A stretch of 64,000 nucleotides of DNA from Candidatus Xenobia bacterium (GCA_045863235.1 BTUM01000017.1:1-64000); one strand, 5' to 3'; positions 9,054-18,359 are shown, counted from the stretch's first letter. Numbers and translations are program-made. Notes: generated by a model from the letters alone, not told the origin.

Positions 9054-9582
9054 GTATCGAGCCTTCAACGACCGCGTCTCGGGCGAGGTCCACAAGGCCT
9101 CGCTGTCGGCCTCGGTCACCATCGGCGACAAAGTGCAACGCATCCGCCTGCGCAACTCGGCCCTCCCCTCGATGATCCCGCCCGGGGCCACCATCGAAAT
9201 CGAGCCGATCGTGTTTCACAAGGCTCGTTTCGGGGCCGTGGTCTACGTCAAGCTCGAGAACGACCTGGCCTTGAGGCGCTTCCTGCGGGTGGAAGTGATC
9301 CGCGAGATCGACTTCATCGTGGTGGTGCGCGAGAAGGCCAAAAGGGTCGAGCGTCTGCCGGCCAACTCGCTGGTGGGCCGCGTCATCGCGGCCGAGTTCC
9401 AGGGCAAGCCGGTGCGCTTGTCGCATGGAGGCAACATCTTCGACTGGATGACCGACTTCGGCACCACCACCCCGATCCACAAGATCAAGGCTCTGTTGCG
9501 CAACTGGAAGGGCGACAAACCGCCCGTGGTGGCCGATCCCAACAAGAAGAAAAAAACTGCCCGGCGCGCCCCCTCCAAATAG
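9028..9582 (+). CDS. Hypothetical protein, possibly a degenerate S24/S26 peptidase-like fold
   Basis: TTG start after a GAGGGAGG RBS. S..PSMIPPG..I.IEP...G.VV...L.RR...VGRV resembles the S26-like fold. Confidence 0.55.
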   Translation: MAIDREKDKYRAFNDRVSGEVHKASLSASVTIGDKVQRIRLRNSALPSMIPPGATIEIEPIVFHKARFGAVVYVKLENDLALRRFLRVEVIREIDFIVVVREKAKRVERLPANSLVGRVIAAEFQGKPVRLSHGGNIFDWMTDFGTTTPIHKIKALLRNWKGDKPPVVADPNKKKKTARRAPSK

Positions 9583-9725
9583 GCGAGTTACAATCATTCA
9601 ACAAGCCAGCAACGTTGCGGCAATGACGCCAGGCTAGAATACTTCTCGGGGCCATACGACAGAGATCGCGCCCCGCCGCCTCTCCGGCTGCCAGCGCGGC
9701 CGTTTCTTGCTGGGAGGATCCGTCT

Positions 9726-9995
9726 TTGCAGTTCCGCCAGGGAGATCTGCTCTTTTGCCTGGAGAGCACCCTACCCCGTCCGGCCCGGCCCCACCCCGGC
9801 CCCATCCTGGCCGGAGGCCAGCAAGCCGACGAGCATCTGCACCTGCTCGACGGCCCCGGGCAGCTCTACGAGTCGGGCAACTTCTTGTATCTGGAGGCCG
9901 AGCAGCCCACCTTCGTGTGGCACCCCGAGCACCATCGCCTGGCCCTGCCAGCCGGCACCTTCCGGGTGGTGCGCCAGAGACAGTACCAGCCTTGA
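9726..9995 (+). CDS. Small His-rich conserved protein (RQGD...HxH...HPEH...RQRxY family), partner of DUF6745
   Basis: GGGAGG RBS, TTG start, motif pattern, and a TTGA overlap with the next gene. Confidence 0.8.
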   Translation: MQFRQGDLLFCLESTLPRPARPHPGPILAGGQQADEHLHLLDGPGQLYESGNFLYLEAEQPTFVWHPEHHRLALPAGTFRVVRQRQYQP

Positions 9996-10747
9996 GCTGG
10001 CAAGACGAGCTGGGGGAGCTGCCCATCCTGCGCCTGCCCACGGTCGACACCGGCTTCCTGGCGCGGGCCGAGCAGGCTTATGAGGAGCTGGCCGAGCTGC
10101 CCCGGGTGGCCCGCGCCTGGGGCTGGCTGATGCGCCTGGATGAGCTCGACCCGGAGGCCGCCACGGCCCTGGCCGAGCAGCGTGCGGCCCAGGGCGGCAG
10201 TCGGCTGGTGCGCCGGCTGATGGCCCTGGAAGGACTGCTCCAGGCCCTCTCCCCCGGCCTTCATCGACCCCCCGGATTCGTGCGTCTGGCCCTGGCGGTG
10301 GGGCCCGAGCAAGAGATGCGCGACGACGAGGGACGGCTGCACTCGCTGCACGGCCCGGCCCGAGGCTACGAGTACTGGGTCTGCGGTGAGCAGGTGGACC
10401 CGGTCTGGGTGCTGGCCCCTCAGCGCAAGACGCTGCCGGAGCTGACCCGGCTGCGCTCGCTGCCGGCCCGCCGGACGCTCCTGCCGCGCATGGGTCACGC
10501 TCGAGCCGTGGAGACCGGCTGGGCCCGGGTGCTCGATCTGGACCGCGACGCTGCCGGCCACAGGCGCCGGCTGCTCAGCCTGGATCTCCCCGAGGATGAG
10601 CCCCTGGTGCTGGTGGAGGTGCGCTGCACCAGCACCCATCGGCTCCACTACCTGCGCGTTCCGCCCGACACCCGAAGCTGCGCCGAAGCGGTGGCCTGGA
10701 CCTTCGGCCTGGAACGTGACGCCTACCGACCGGTGGCCGAAGCCTGA
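9992..10747 (+). CDS. DUF6745-type protein
   Basis: LHSLHGPA..W and the C-terminal EPLVLVEVRCTST.R.HYLRVPP....AEAVAWTFG...Y.P. Confidence 0.75.
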   Translation: MSWQDELGELPILRLPTVDTGFLARAEQAYEELAELPRVARAWGWLMRLDELDPEAATALAEQRAAQGGSRLVRRLMALEGLLQALSPGLHRPPGFVRLALAVGPEQEMRDDEGRLHSLHGPARGYEYWVCGEQVDPVWVLAPQRKTLPELTRLRSLPARRTLLPRMGHARAVETGWARVLDLDRDAAGHRRRLLSLDLPEDEPLVLVEVRCTSTHRLHYLRVPPDTRSCAEAVAWTFGLERDAYRPVAEA

Positions 10748-10809
10748 AGTTGAGTCGCTCGGGTCGGGCACGCAAGAGAGGCGGCGCCCCATCAGGCGAC
10801 TGACCCCGT

Positions 10810-10831
10810 AAGCCCTCCTCCGGGAGGGCTT
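10810..10831. terminator. Hairpin between convergent genes
   Basis: aagccctcc-tccg-ggagggctt. Confidence 0.6.
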
Positions 10832-10866
10832 CTCCTTGAATGAAAGCCCGAGCCCATGAGCTTCTG

Positions 10867-11958
10867 TTAGCAGCGGGCCACGGTCAGGCCCTGCACGGGT
10901 GCGCCGGGGGACACGAAAGGAAGGCTCAGTCGCTGCCACCAGGGGGCAAAGCGCACCACCCTCCTGCGCCGATCGTCCTTCACCACCCGGATCAAGACGT
11001 GACGAAGCTTGCGAAAGACCGGGGAAGCAAGCGCCATCTCATCGCGCACACGGTATTCCATGGACATCGTGCCCAGCCGCTCGCCAGCCTCGCGCAGCAA
11101 GCGGTCACCCTGCTCGTCGACGGGGGCGAAGGTCAGCATCCGGCAAACTCCCCCCGGCTCGAGAAACTCCTCGAGTCGCTCGAAGAAGCGACGCGTGAGC
11201 GCGGTGGGGTCCCTTTCGCCCGCGGCCGCGAAGGCCAGGTTGGGGGTAAGGCTGATGGGCAGAGCGGGCAGGTTGGCCGCCACGAAATCAAAGCTACCCT
11301 CCACGCCTTGCCAGACATCCGAGGCCAGAAAGTCCACCGAGATTCGGTTCAAACGGCCATTGGAGCGGGCCAGAGCCAGCGCGGTGGGGTTCACGTCGCT
11401 GCCCACCACCTGGGCAAAACGCCGCGCCAGGCTGAGGGCGACCGCCCCGCAGCCGGTGCCCATGTCCAGAGCCCGCCGCCCTGAAACGTCGGCAGTCTGG
11501 TCTAAGAGCATGCCGGTGTCGTCTCCCAGGTAGACAAACTCGCCCGGAGACCGTCGCGGGATCGAGCTCAACAGGTAAAGTCCAGCTGCGGCCGCCACCT
11601 GGACCATAGCCCCTTCCGGACCCAGCAGCCCGGCCCGGGTCAAGAGCTCTTCCTCCGAAGCGCTCAGCAATCCGGCCGGGAGCGGCCGGTGGCCCAGAAA
11701 GACCTTGCGCAGGGACAGGGCGCCAGCAGACACGGAGGCCGAAGCCAACCGCGGATAACTGACCGCCGCCAGGCTGGCCGGGCTCCCCCTCCACCTGCCA
11801 TAGGCGTGCGCCAGATCCCGCAGCGGATACACCCGGCGGGTGCGAAAGAGGGGCAGCCCGGCCGTGGCCATATAGTCGTGTCGGTCAAGCAGACCGCGCA
11901 GCGCCTCCAACCCCTCCTGCGAGAACTCACCCCACATCCTCTGTCTTGTTGTACACAC
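10867..11958 (-). CDS. Class I SAM-dependent methyltransferase (HemK/MTS-like)
   Basis: VYLGDDT, ALDMGTGCG, GSDVNP.AL, FDFVAANLP. Confidence 0.85.
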   Translation of the reverse strand: MCTTRQRMWGEFSQEGLEALRGLLDRHDYMATAGLPLFRTRRVYPLRDLAHAYGRWRGSPASLAAVSYPRLASASVSAGALSLRKVFLGHRPLPAGLLSASEEELLTRAGLLGPEGAMVQVAAAAGLYLLSSIPRRSPGEFVYLGDDTGMLLDQTADVSGRRALDMGTGCGAVALSLARRFAQVVGSDVNPTALALARSNGRLNRISVDFLASDVWQGVEGSFDFVAANLPALPISLTPNLAFAAAGERDPTALTRRFFERLEEFLEPGGVCRMLTFAPVDEQGDRLLREAGERLGTMSMEYRVRDEMALASPVFRKLRHVLIRVVKDDRRRRVVRFAPWWQRLSLPFVSPGAPVQGLTVARC

Positions 11959-12044
11959 ATCGGTTACAGGCCTTTACACCCCGGACACATCGCCAGGCAC
12001 CCGACCTGATAGGATGCCCGGGACACTAAGCAGGAGGAACCCCG

Positions 12045-13730
12045 ATGTCGACCATCTCCAGCCTCAGCAGCCTGCCCCAGGCGGCCGCCAGCAAGCCTCG
12101 CAAGGAAGCAGCCAGCTCGCAGGCCCAGGACGTGGTGGTTCTGCCCGCCAACGCCCGCTCGTTGGAGGAGGCCCGCCAGGAGATCGACAAAGCCCGCGCC
12201 CTGATGAAGGAGCTGGGCGGCCGCGTCACCCGCGACCTGCCCGCCACCGGCGCGGTCAAAGCCCGGCTCGACGGGGCTGCCCGCGAGAAGCTGCAAGAGG
12301 CGGGGTTCAGGGTAGTCGAGGATCCCACCGTCAAGGCCTTCCCCCAGCGCCCCACCCCGAAGGCTCCACTGGCCCCGGGTTGGCTCCTCAACGGGCTGGA
12401 CGCTGCCCAGGAAGCCTCCAGGGCTGCCCTCGAGGGGAAAGTGGACATGTCCGAGCCGCTGACCTATAGCAAGCCGGAAGGGCTCTCCACGGCCGAATCC
12501 CCCATCCGCTGGGATCTCGACGAGCAGCCCGGTTTCCGCCCTTTCCAGCCCTTCATCCGTCGCGAGCGCACGGTGCAGGGCGAGGGACCCAGCGACTTCG
12601 TGGGCCAGCTTCCCACCACCGGCAAGGGGGTCACCATCGCGGTGCTGGACACCGGGCTCTATCCCCACCCCGACTTTGAGGATCGCGTGCTGACCCTGGT
12701 CAGCGCCACGGGCGAAGCCCGCTTTCATCCCGACGCCATGGGCCACGGCACCCACGTGGCCGCCGACGCCGCCGGCAGCGGCAAGCTCTCGGGCGGTCGT
12801 TTCAGGGGCCCGGCCCCGGACGCCAACCTGGTCGGCATCCAGGTGCTCAACGGCGAGGGCGAGGGCTCGATGTCGGAAGTGATCGAGAACCTGACCGCGG
12901 GCGTCAACTGGATGGTCGAGAACAAGGAGAAGTACAACATCAAGGTAGCCAACCTCTCGCTGGGGCTGCCCCTGGTGGAGTACCAGCGCAGCTGGTTCGG
13001 ACCGGCGACCCTCTATGACCCTATCGGTGCAGCCATCAACCGGGCCGTGGAAGCGGGCATCACGGTGGTGGTCGCGGCCGGCAATGACGGCAGTGACCCG
13101 GGCACCATCAACGCTTCCCCGGCCATCAACGACAACGTGATCACGGTGGGCGCGCTGGATACCCAGAACACCCGCGACCGCTCCGATGACCGGGTGGCCG
13201 ACTTCTCCAGCCGCGGACCCACCCCCGATGGGCGCGTCAAGCCGGACATCCTGGCCCCGGGCGTCAACATCATGGCGGCCAACTCGCCAGGCAGCATCAT
13301 CGAGCAGCAGAACGAGCAGATCGCCATGATCCGCCAGGAAGTCGAGTCGATGAGCGCCCGCCAGCTGCAGATGATGGCCTACAAGCTGGTGCGCGCGGGC
13401 ATGGCTCCGCCCGAGCTCTTGCGCGTTCACCCCGAGGATCTGCGCGAGTACATGCTCGAGGGCATGCAGACCCACGCCACCCACGGCCGCAACGAGGGCG
13501 GCGCGGCCTACATGGCCATGGACGGCACCTCGATGGCCTCCCCCATCGTGGCCGGCGTCTGCGCCGCCGTGCTGGAGGCCAACCCGAACTTGAGTCCCGA
13601 CCAGGTCAAGACGATCCTGATGAAGACCTCCGACCGGCTGCCGGGCGTGCGAGCCAACGACCAGGGCGCCGGCGTGCTGAACGCCCAGAAGGCCGTTGCG
13701 GTCGCCAGCCAGCTGGCCCAGCGGGCTTAG
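12045..13730 (+). CDS. S8 subtilisin-like serine protease (AprX-like)
   Basis: AVLDTG (Asp), GHGTHVA (His), AAGNDG, DGTSMASP (Ser). AGGAGG RBS. Confidence 0.95.
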   Translation: MSTISSLSSLPQAAASKPRKEAASSQAQDVVVLPANARSLEEARQEIDKARALMKELGGRVTRDLPATGAVKARLDGAAREKLQEAGFRVVEDPTVKAFPQRPTPKAPLAPGWLLNGLDAAQEASRAALEGKVDMSEPLTYSKPEGLSTAESPIRWDLDEQPGFRPFQPFIRRERTVQGEGPSDFVGQLPTTGKGVTIAVLDTGLYPHPDFEDRVLTLVSATGEARFHPDAMGHGTHVAADAAGSGKLSGGRFRGPAPDANLVGIQVLNGEGEGSMSEVIENLTAGVNWMVENKEKYNIKVANLSLGLPLVEYQRSWFGPATLYDPIGAAINRAVEAGITVVVAAGNDGSDPGTINASPAINDNVITVGALDTQNTRDRSDDRVADFSSRGPTPDGRVKPDILAPGVNIMAANSPGSIIEQQNEQIAMIRQEVESMSARQLQMMAYKLVRAGMAPPELLRVHPEDLREYMLEGMQTHATHGRNEGGAAYMAMDGTSMASPIVAGVCAAVLEANPNLSPDQVKTILMKTSDRLPGVRANDQGAGVLNAQKAVAVASQLAQRA

Positions 13731-13808
13731 CAGGCCTGGCGGACGATCCGGACCCAGGGCGCGAGGGCGAACAGACTCGGACCCGGCGGGACTCAGCTGC
13801 CTGCAAGG

Positions 13809-14150
13809 TCAGCAGCTTCTGATCTCTGTGAGGATCATGTCCAGCGTCGCGAGCGGCAGCGACACTCCGACATCCCAGGTCTCGTCGTCGTGCCCGATCA
13901 CGATCGACAGCGTCTGTTCTTGAAGGTCGGCCGACCACCAGGCCGCTTCGCCCGCTGATTTCCCGATGCGAAGTGACCCCGTGTCCCAGGCCGTGGTGCG
14001 CACCTGCTCGAGGCTGCCCAACTCCTCCTGCGGTATCCAGACGTTGATCTCGAACTCAGGCATCGAGATCTTGACGGCGACGCCGCCATCTTCGACCCGG
14101 TCGGCCACGACGCTGGGACCGTGCTCCTCGCTCACCCTTATTTTTTTCAA
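13809..14150 (-). CDS. Hypothetical protein
   Basis: Plausible coding composition; it fills the gap between two genes. Motif G.DDETWD. Confidence 0.65.
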   Translation of the reverse strand: MKKIRVSEEHGPSVVADRVEDGGVAVKISMPEFEINVWIPQEELGSLEQVRTTAWDTGSLRIGKSAGEAAWWSADLQEQTLSIVIGHDDETWDVGVSLPLATLDMILTEIRSC

Positions 14151-14180
14151 CGCAAGGAGTGTCAGGCCTTTCAGGGCGAC

Positions 14181-15524
14181 TCAGGCGCGGATCTTCCAGG
14201 CGCTGCCTTCCTGGAACGCCCGACCCTCCCGCTCGAGTTTGAGCAAGTGAGCAAGCAGCGACCTTCGGGCCAGCTCCAAGGCCGGCCCCTGCACGTCGGC
14301 GTAAGCCCGTTCCAGGAGCTCTGTCAGCGAGCCCGGCAGAGCCTCCAGCACCTTGCGCTCACGCTCGAGGCGGTGGGCCAACAGCTTGCCCGGCAGGTCC
14401 GAGCCCGGGCCGAAGGGGGGACCGTGGGCGCTCACCACCAGGCGGGGCTTCAAGGCGCGCATCCGCTCGAGGCTGGCGAGATAGACGGCCATATCGCCCC
14501 CATCCTCGGGGTCGATCAGGATCGTCCCGTGGCCGGCCGTCAGATCGCCCGCCAGCAAGAGCCCTCGCTCCTCGTGCCAGAGGCACAGGTGCCCGCGGGC
14601 GTGGCCGGGGGTGTGCAGAGCCACCCAGTCGCCCCAGCGCTCGCCCTCCTCCACCGTGCGATCGACGGCGAAGCTGAGCTGTCTTGCCGTCTCAGGGTGG
14701 GCCGCCAGGGGCAGCCCCCAGGAGCGCACCGCGAGGGCCCCGGCCACGTGGTCGGGATGGTGGTGGGTGAGCAGAACCTCCTGCACCGGAAACTCATCGA
14801 GCGCCTGCCGCAGGCGCTCGAGCTCACCCGGGAGAGCTGAGCCGGGGTCGACCAGGACCGGGCCCGCCAGGCAGGTCATGGTGGTCCGGGCCGGCGGCAG
14901 GGTGGAGCTTTCCTGGGTCAGACAGCGCAGCACGGGCGAGAGCGGGACGGTGGGCCCGGGGATGCCCGTGCCGTGGGGCATCCCCTCGAGCAGCGCCGCC
15001 GCCTCCCGGGGAGAGAGCCTCAACAGCGCCTGCAGGGCCGACAGAGTGGGGGCCACCAGGAAGATGGAGCCCTCCCGCCAGGCCTGCAACGCCTCCTCCA
15101 CCCCCCACCAGCGCCCCCCGCTGGCCTCACCCGGCCAGACCTCAGGCTCCTCCTCGTCGGTCAGCTCGAGCAGAAAGAACTGGGTGCGAAACCGGCGCGG
15201 CGTGTAGGGTGGCGTGATGCGCACCCCGGCCTTGAGAAAGCGCGAAGCATCCAGCCTTTCCAGGACGGCGCTCCGCTCGAGCACCGCCCGGCGCAGCTCG
15301 GGCGAGGCCGACCGGTCGGGCAACAGGCCCACCTCCTCGAGCAACTCGCGGGCGGCACATGCTGCCAGCTCATCGCCGTTCTCGACGACGGTGGCAAGGT
15401 CACAATCCTCCAGCACCCCGCCCGGGAAGGCGTGAAAACCCGGCAGAAAGCGCAGCGAGGGGCTGCGCTCGAGCAAGAAGACGCGACCTGAGCGCACCGG
15501 GATGACACCAGCCGAGGCGAGCAT
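14181..15524 (-). CDS. NUDIX hydrolase / metallo-beta-lactamase-fold fusion
   Basis: FPGG...AARELLEEVG NUDIX box; THHHPDH, HTPGH, GD, PAHG-like MBL motifs; C-terminal winged helix (LLAHLLKL). Confidence 0.9.
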   Translation of the reverse strand: MLASAGVIPVRSGRVFLLERSPSLRFLPGFHAFPGGVLEDCDLATVVENGDELAACAARELLEEVGLLPDRSASPELRRAVLERSAVLERLDASRFLKAGVRITPPYTPRRFRTQFFLLELTDEEEPEVWPGEASGGRWWGVEEALQAWREGSIFLVAPTLSALQALLRLSPREAAALLEGMPHGTGIPGPTVPLSPVLRCLTQESSTLPPARTTMTCLAGPVLVDPGSALPGELERLRQALDEFPVQEVLLTHHHPDHVAGALAVRSWGLPLAAHPETARQLSFAVDRTVEEGERWGDWVALHTPGHARGHLCLWHEERGLLLAGDLTAGHGTILIDPEDGGDMAVYLASLERMRALKPRLVVSAHGPPFGPGSDLPGKLLAHRLERERKVLEALPGSLTELLERAYADVQGPALELARRSLLAHLLKLEREGRAFQEGSAWKIRA

Positions 15525-15561
15525 GGCCCGTCGTTCTTGCTCGCGGACTGCGAGCCTTCTA

Positions 15562-15990
15562 TCAGAGGGGGTTGCGAACCTTGAGGCTGGGAAATCGGCT
15601 GAAGTCTCGATCGGCGCTCCACAACTCGCGCACGCCCGAGAAGAGACACAGCGCTGCGATTCGCGCATCATGAACCCTGGAGCCGGCAATCTGTCCAGCC
15701 AGCAGAAGGCGTTTGAGCTCTGCAAAGTAGGTTGGTCCTTCGGAGAGCAGCACCAGGCCTGGTGACTGGAGCCAGGCATCGACTGCATCAAGAGCGATGG
15801 CCAGGGGTGTGGGAGGCCTGTAGATACGCGGATGTGTGACAATGGCTAGAAACTCATGCAAACAGGGCCATGGAATCGCCCAGGCGGACGAGCTCGAAGC
15901 TAATGCGCTGATCTGCTGGGACGCGCTTTCGTGGAAGGGCGAATCCTCTCGGTGGGAGTACACGAGCAGGTTCGTGTCGACGGCGATCAA
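15562..15990 (-). CDS. vapC: VapC PIN-domain toxin
   Basis: IAVDTNLLVY, EF..IVTHPR, HDARIAA, SADRDF. Confidence 0.93.
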   Translation of the reverse strand: MIAVDTNLLVYSHREDSPFHESASQQISALASSSSAWAIPWPCLHEFLAIVTHPRIYRPPTPLAIALDAVDAWLQSPGLVLLSEGPTYFAELKRLLLAGQIAGSRVHDARIAALCLFSGVRELWSADRDFSRFPSLKVRNPL

Positions 15991-16235
15991 GCTCCGTGCC
16001 CGTCGTAAATCAGGCCGCGCACCGTATCCCAGGAGCCGTCCGCCAGGTCGGGGTGGAGCCCTTCCCCCCTGAATGTGACCTTGCGCAATTGGAAGCTCCC
16101 GGCCTTCCTCTGGCGCTCCTCAAGCACTCTGCGCAGGCCTTCCTCGACCAGAGCCCTCACAGTACTGCCCTCACTGGCAGCCTGTCTGCGCACCTGCTCG
16201 AGAAGCGAATCTGGAATCTCCACGGTTGTCTTCAT
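15987..16235 (-). CDS. vapB: VapB antitoxin (ribbon-helix-helix)
   Basis: MKTTVEIPDSLL...TVRALVEEGLR; overlaps the vapC start. Confidence 0.9.
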   Translation of the reverse strand: MKTTVEIPDSLLEQVRRQAASEGSTVRALVEEGLRRVLEERQRKAGSFQLRKVTFRGEGLHPDLADGSWDTVRGLIYDGHGA

Positions 16236-16249
16236 ACATCTAGATGTAT
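16234..16249. promoter_or_regulatory. Perfect 16-bp palindrome over the vapB start, likely VapBC autorepression operator
   Basis: atacatctagatgtat is self-complementary. A TTGACG -35-like hexamer lies on the minus strand at 16267-16272. Confidence 0.65.
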
Positions 16250-16319
16250 CATTTCCCCCATACTGCCGTCAAACACTCCCGCGCCTTGACCTGCCCCCGC
16301 CAATTTTCAACGCGCGGCG

Positions 16320-16416
16320 CCTCAAGGGGCGAACGGATGGTCCCGCGGGTTGACGGAAATCGAAAGAAGTCCGCATTGCGCGTGTACACCGTTCGGATAC
16401 CGTGCTCGCGCATCAG
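16320..16416 (-). pseudogene. C-terminal relic of a second VapC
   Basis: LMREHGIRTVYTRNADFFRFP matches the PIN C-terminus (compare SGVRELWSADRDFSRFP in the intact vapC). Confidence 0.7.
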
Positions 16417-16484
16417 CTCGATTTTAGAGGGCATGCTGGAACGGTCTAAGGAACCCTCCCCGCGCGCGCCGAACCCGCCCCAGC

Positions 16485-17711
16485 ATGAAACCAGCCCGCC
16501 TGTGCGAGACCACCTACGGCCAGACCGACGCCCGCCTGATGGCTCCCGGCGACCGGGCCCGAGCCTTCGTGGGCAAACGCGGACGAGGATGGCTGCTGGA
16601 GGTGCATCACCCCGATCCGGCCCGGGTTGAGCCCCCCTGCCCTCACTATGGCCACTGCGGTGGCTGCTCCTGGCAGCATCTGAGCTATCCGGCCCAGCTC
16701 GGCTACAAAGCCGAGACCGTCCATCGGATGCTGGCGGCCGAGAGCGTGCTCCCCCCGGTGGCCTCGCCCAGCCCCTGGCTCTACCGCACCAAGGTCGAGC
16801 TGAGCTTCGGAGCCAGCGGAGAGCTGGGCTTCATGCGCCAGGGGCGCTGGAACCAGGTGTGCCCGGTGGACAGCTGCCTGATCGGTCCGCCCTGCAACCA
16901 TGCCGCCCTGCAGGTCACGCGCGATTGGCAACACCTGCACGCCCTGCCTGGCTGGGACGCCCGGGCCCAGACCGGTCTCTTGCGCTGGCTGGTTCTGCGC
17001 CACTCCAGCACGACCGGCCAGTGGCTGGCGGTTCTGGTGGCTCAGGGCGAGGTACCCGCGGCCGAGCTGGCAATCAAGCTGACGGAGCGGGGCGCCACGG
17101 GAGTGCTGCTGGCCCGCCAGAGCTCCACGGCCGGCGCCGTGAAGCCGGACAGTGTCGAGCTGCTGGCCGGCAAGGACGAGCTGCTCGAGCGGCTGGGCCA
17201 GCTCAGCTTCGAGCTCTCCTGGCGCTCGTTCTATCAGGCCAATCCTCCTGCCTACTTGCGTCTACTCGAAACCGCAAAGGGGTGGGCCGGCCCGGTGGAC
17301 CGGCTGCTCGATCTCTACTGCGGCATCGGCACGATCGGCCTCTTCCTCGAGCCCGGCCAGTTGACCGGGGTGGAATCGGTTCCCGAGGCCATCGAGAACG
17401 CCCGGGCCAACGCCCTGCGCAACCAGCGCTCGGGGCGCTTCGAGGTTGGCCCGGCCGAGGAGTGGCCCGACCTTTCGTGCGATCTGCTGGTGCTCGATCC
17501 GCCCCGCTCGGGCTGCCACCCGAAATTGATCAAGCGGCTGGCCGCCGAAGGCCCGGAGACCCTGCTCTACGTCTCGTGCAACCCGGCCCGACTGGCCGAG
17601 GAGATGAAGGTGCTGGGCCAGCGTTATCGGCTGGAGCGGCTGCAGTGCTTCGATTTTTTTCCGCAGACCCCGCACATCGAGGCTCTCTGCCTGCTGCGCC
17701 TCAAGTGCTAA
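16485..17711 (+). CDS. rlmD: 23S rRNA m5U methyltransferase RlmD family
   Basis: CPHYGHCGGCSWQH Fe-S motif, SFYQAN, DLYCGIG, LDPPRSG, YVSCNP, DFFPQTPHIE. Confidence 0.93.
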   Translation: MKPARLCETTYGQTDARLMAPGDRARAFVGKRGRGWLLEVHHPDPARVEPPCPHYGHCGGCSWQHLSYPAQLGYKAETVHRMLAAESVLPPVASPSPWLYRTKVELSFGASGELGFMRQGRWNQVCPVDSCLIGPPCNHAALQVTRDWQHLHALPGWDARAQTGLLRWLVLRHSSTTGQWLAVLVAQGEVPAAELAIKLTERGATGVLLARQSSTAGAVKPDSVELLAGKDELLERLGQLSFELSWRSFYQANPPAYLRLLETAKGWAGPVDRLLDLYCGIGTIGLFLEPGQLTGVESVPEAIENARANALRNQRSGRFEVGPAEEWPDLSCDLLVLDPPRSGCHPKLIKRLAAEGPETLLYVSCNPARLAEEMKVLGQRYRLERLQCFDFFPQTPHIEALCLLRLKC

Positions 17712-17728
17712 ATTCAAGTGCAAGGCCT

Positions 17729-17815
17729 TTGGTCTTGCGCTTTACAACGCGCTGGAACCAAGTTCCGGCGCGTTCGTGAGATTGTGCTCATGTGCAAGAC
17801 CCAAGTCCGAGCACA
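17729..17815. other. Structured intergenic element (hairpin plus potential pseudoknot)
   Basis: ggtcttgc (17731-38) pairs with gcaagacc (17794-801). A 13-bp stem forms at 17746-58/17762-74. tgtgctc (17783-89) pairs with gagcaca (17809-15). Confidence 0.45.
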
Positions 17816-17834
17816 TAAGCCCCCAAAGACCTCG

Positions 17835-18359
17835 CTATTCGAAGAGCCCGTCCAGGCTGAGCTCGATCTGGCAGTCGCGGTGGAGATGCAAGCGCGCCTC
17901 CCGGCACTCCACGAATCGTCCCTCTTCTCGCACGAGAAGGCTCCACTGACGGGCTTCGGGATCGACGATCAGGTAGTAGGCTACCCCGAGACCTTCATAG
18001 GCTTCCCGTTTGTAGAGGAGGTCCTTCGAGCGTGTGGACGGAGAAAGGATTTCCACGACCAGGGCCGGCGCTTGCGTGATGAACCTCGAGGTGCCCTCGT
18101 CGCAGGCAACCAGGAGATCCGGTCGAAAAACCGTGTCCTCGGCCGCCACCCAGTCGATCTCGTAGAGGGCTTCGCAGCAGCTGCATCCCGCCACTCTCAA
18201 GGCCTCGTCGAGCCGCTGGAACAGCCTGCCGCTGGTGCGCTGGTGGAGGCGATCCGCCGATGGGCTCATCGCCACGGGGACCCCGGACCAGAGCTCCCAG
18301 CGCCCTTCCCAGAGCTGATAATCCTCGACGGTATAGTGGGGGATGTAGCGGGGCACCAT
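17835..18359 (-). CDS. Uma2 family (PD-(D/E)xK) endonuclease
   Basis: YTVEDY..WEGRWEL..G...AMSPS...HQ, RPDLLV, P.LVVEILSPST...D...K...Y...GV.YYLIVDP. Confidence 0.92.
   Translation of the reverse strand: MVPRYIPHYTVEDYQLWEGRWELWSGVPVAMSPSADRLHQRTSGRLFQRLDEALRVAGCSCCEALYEIDWVAAEDTVFRPDLLVACDEGTSRFITQAPALVVEILSPSTRSKDLLYKREAYEGLGVAYYLIVDPEARQWSLLVREEGRFVECREARLHLHRDCQIELSLDGLFE

Noticed and set aside
6137..13730. Possible RiPP cluster (POP, methyltransferase, S8 protease, isoaspartyl peptidase)
   Set aside because: No precursor peptide, RRE or modifying enzyme was found, and the genes are on mixed strands.
15525..15842. N-terminal extension of the NUDIX-MBL ORF
   Set aside because: It overlaps vapC in another frame. 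NUDIX homology starts at ATG 15524.
17712..17834. Integron attC site or retron msr-msd
   Set aside because: There are no properly placed RYYYAAC/GTTRRRY ends, and no integron integrase or reverse transcriptase nearby.
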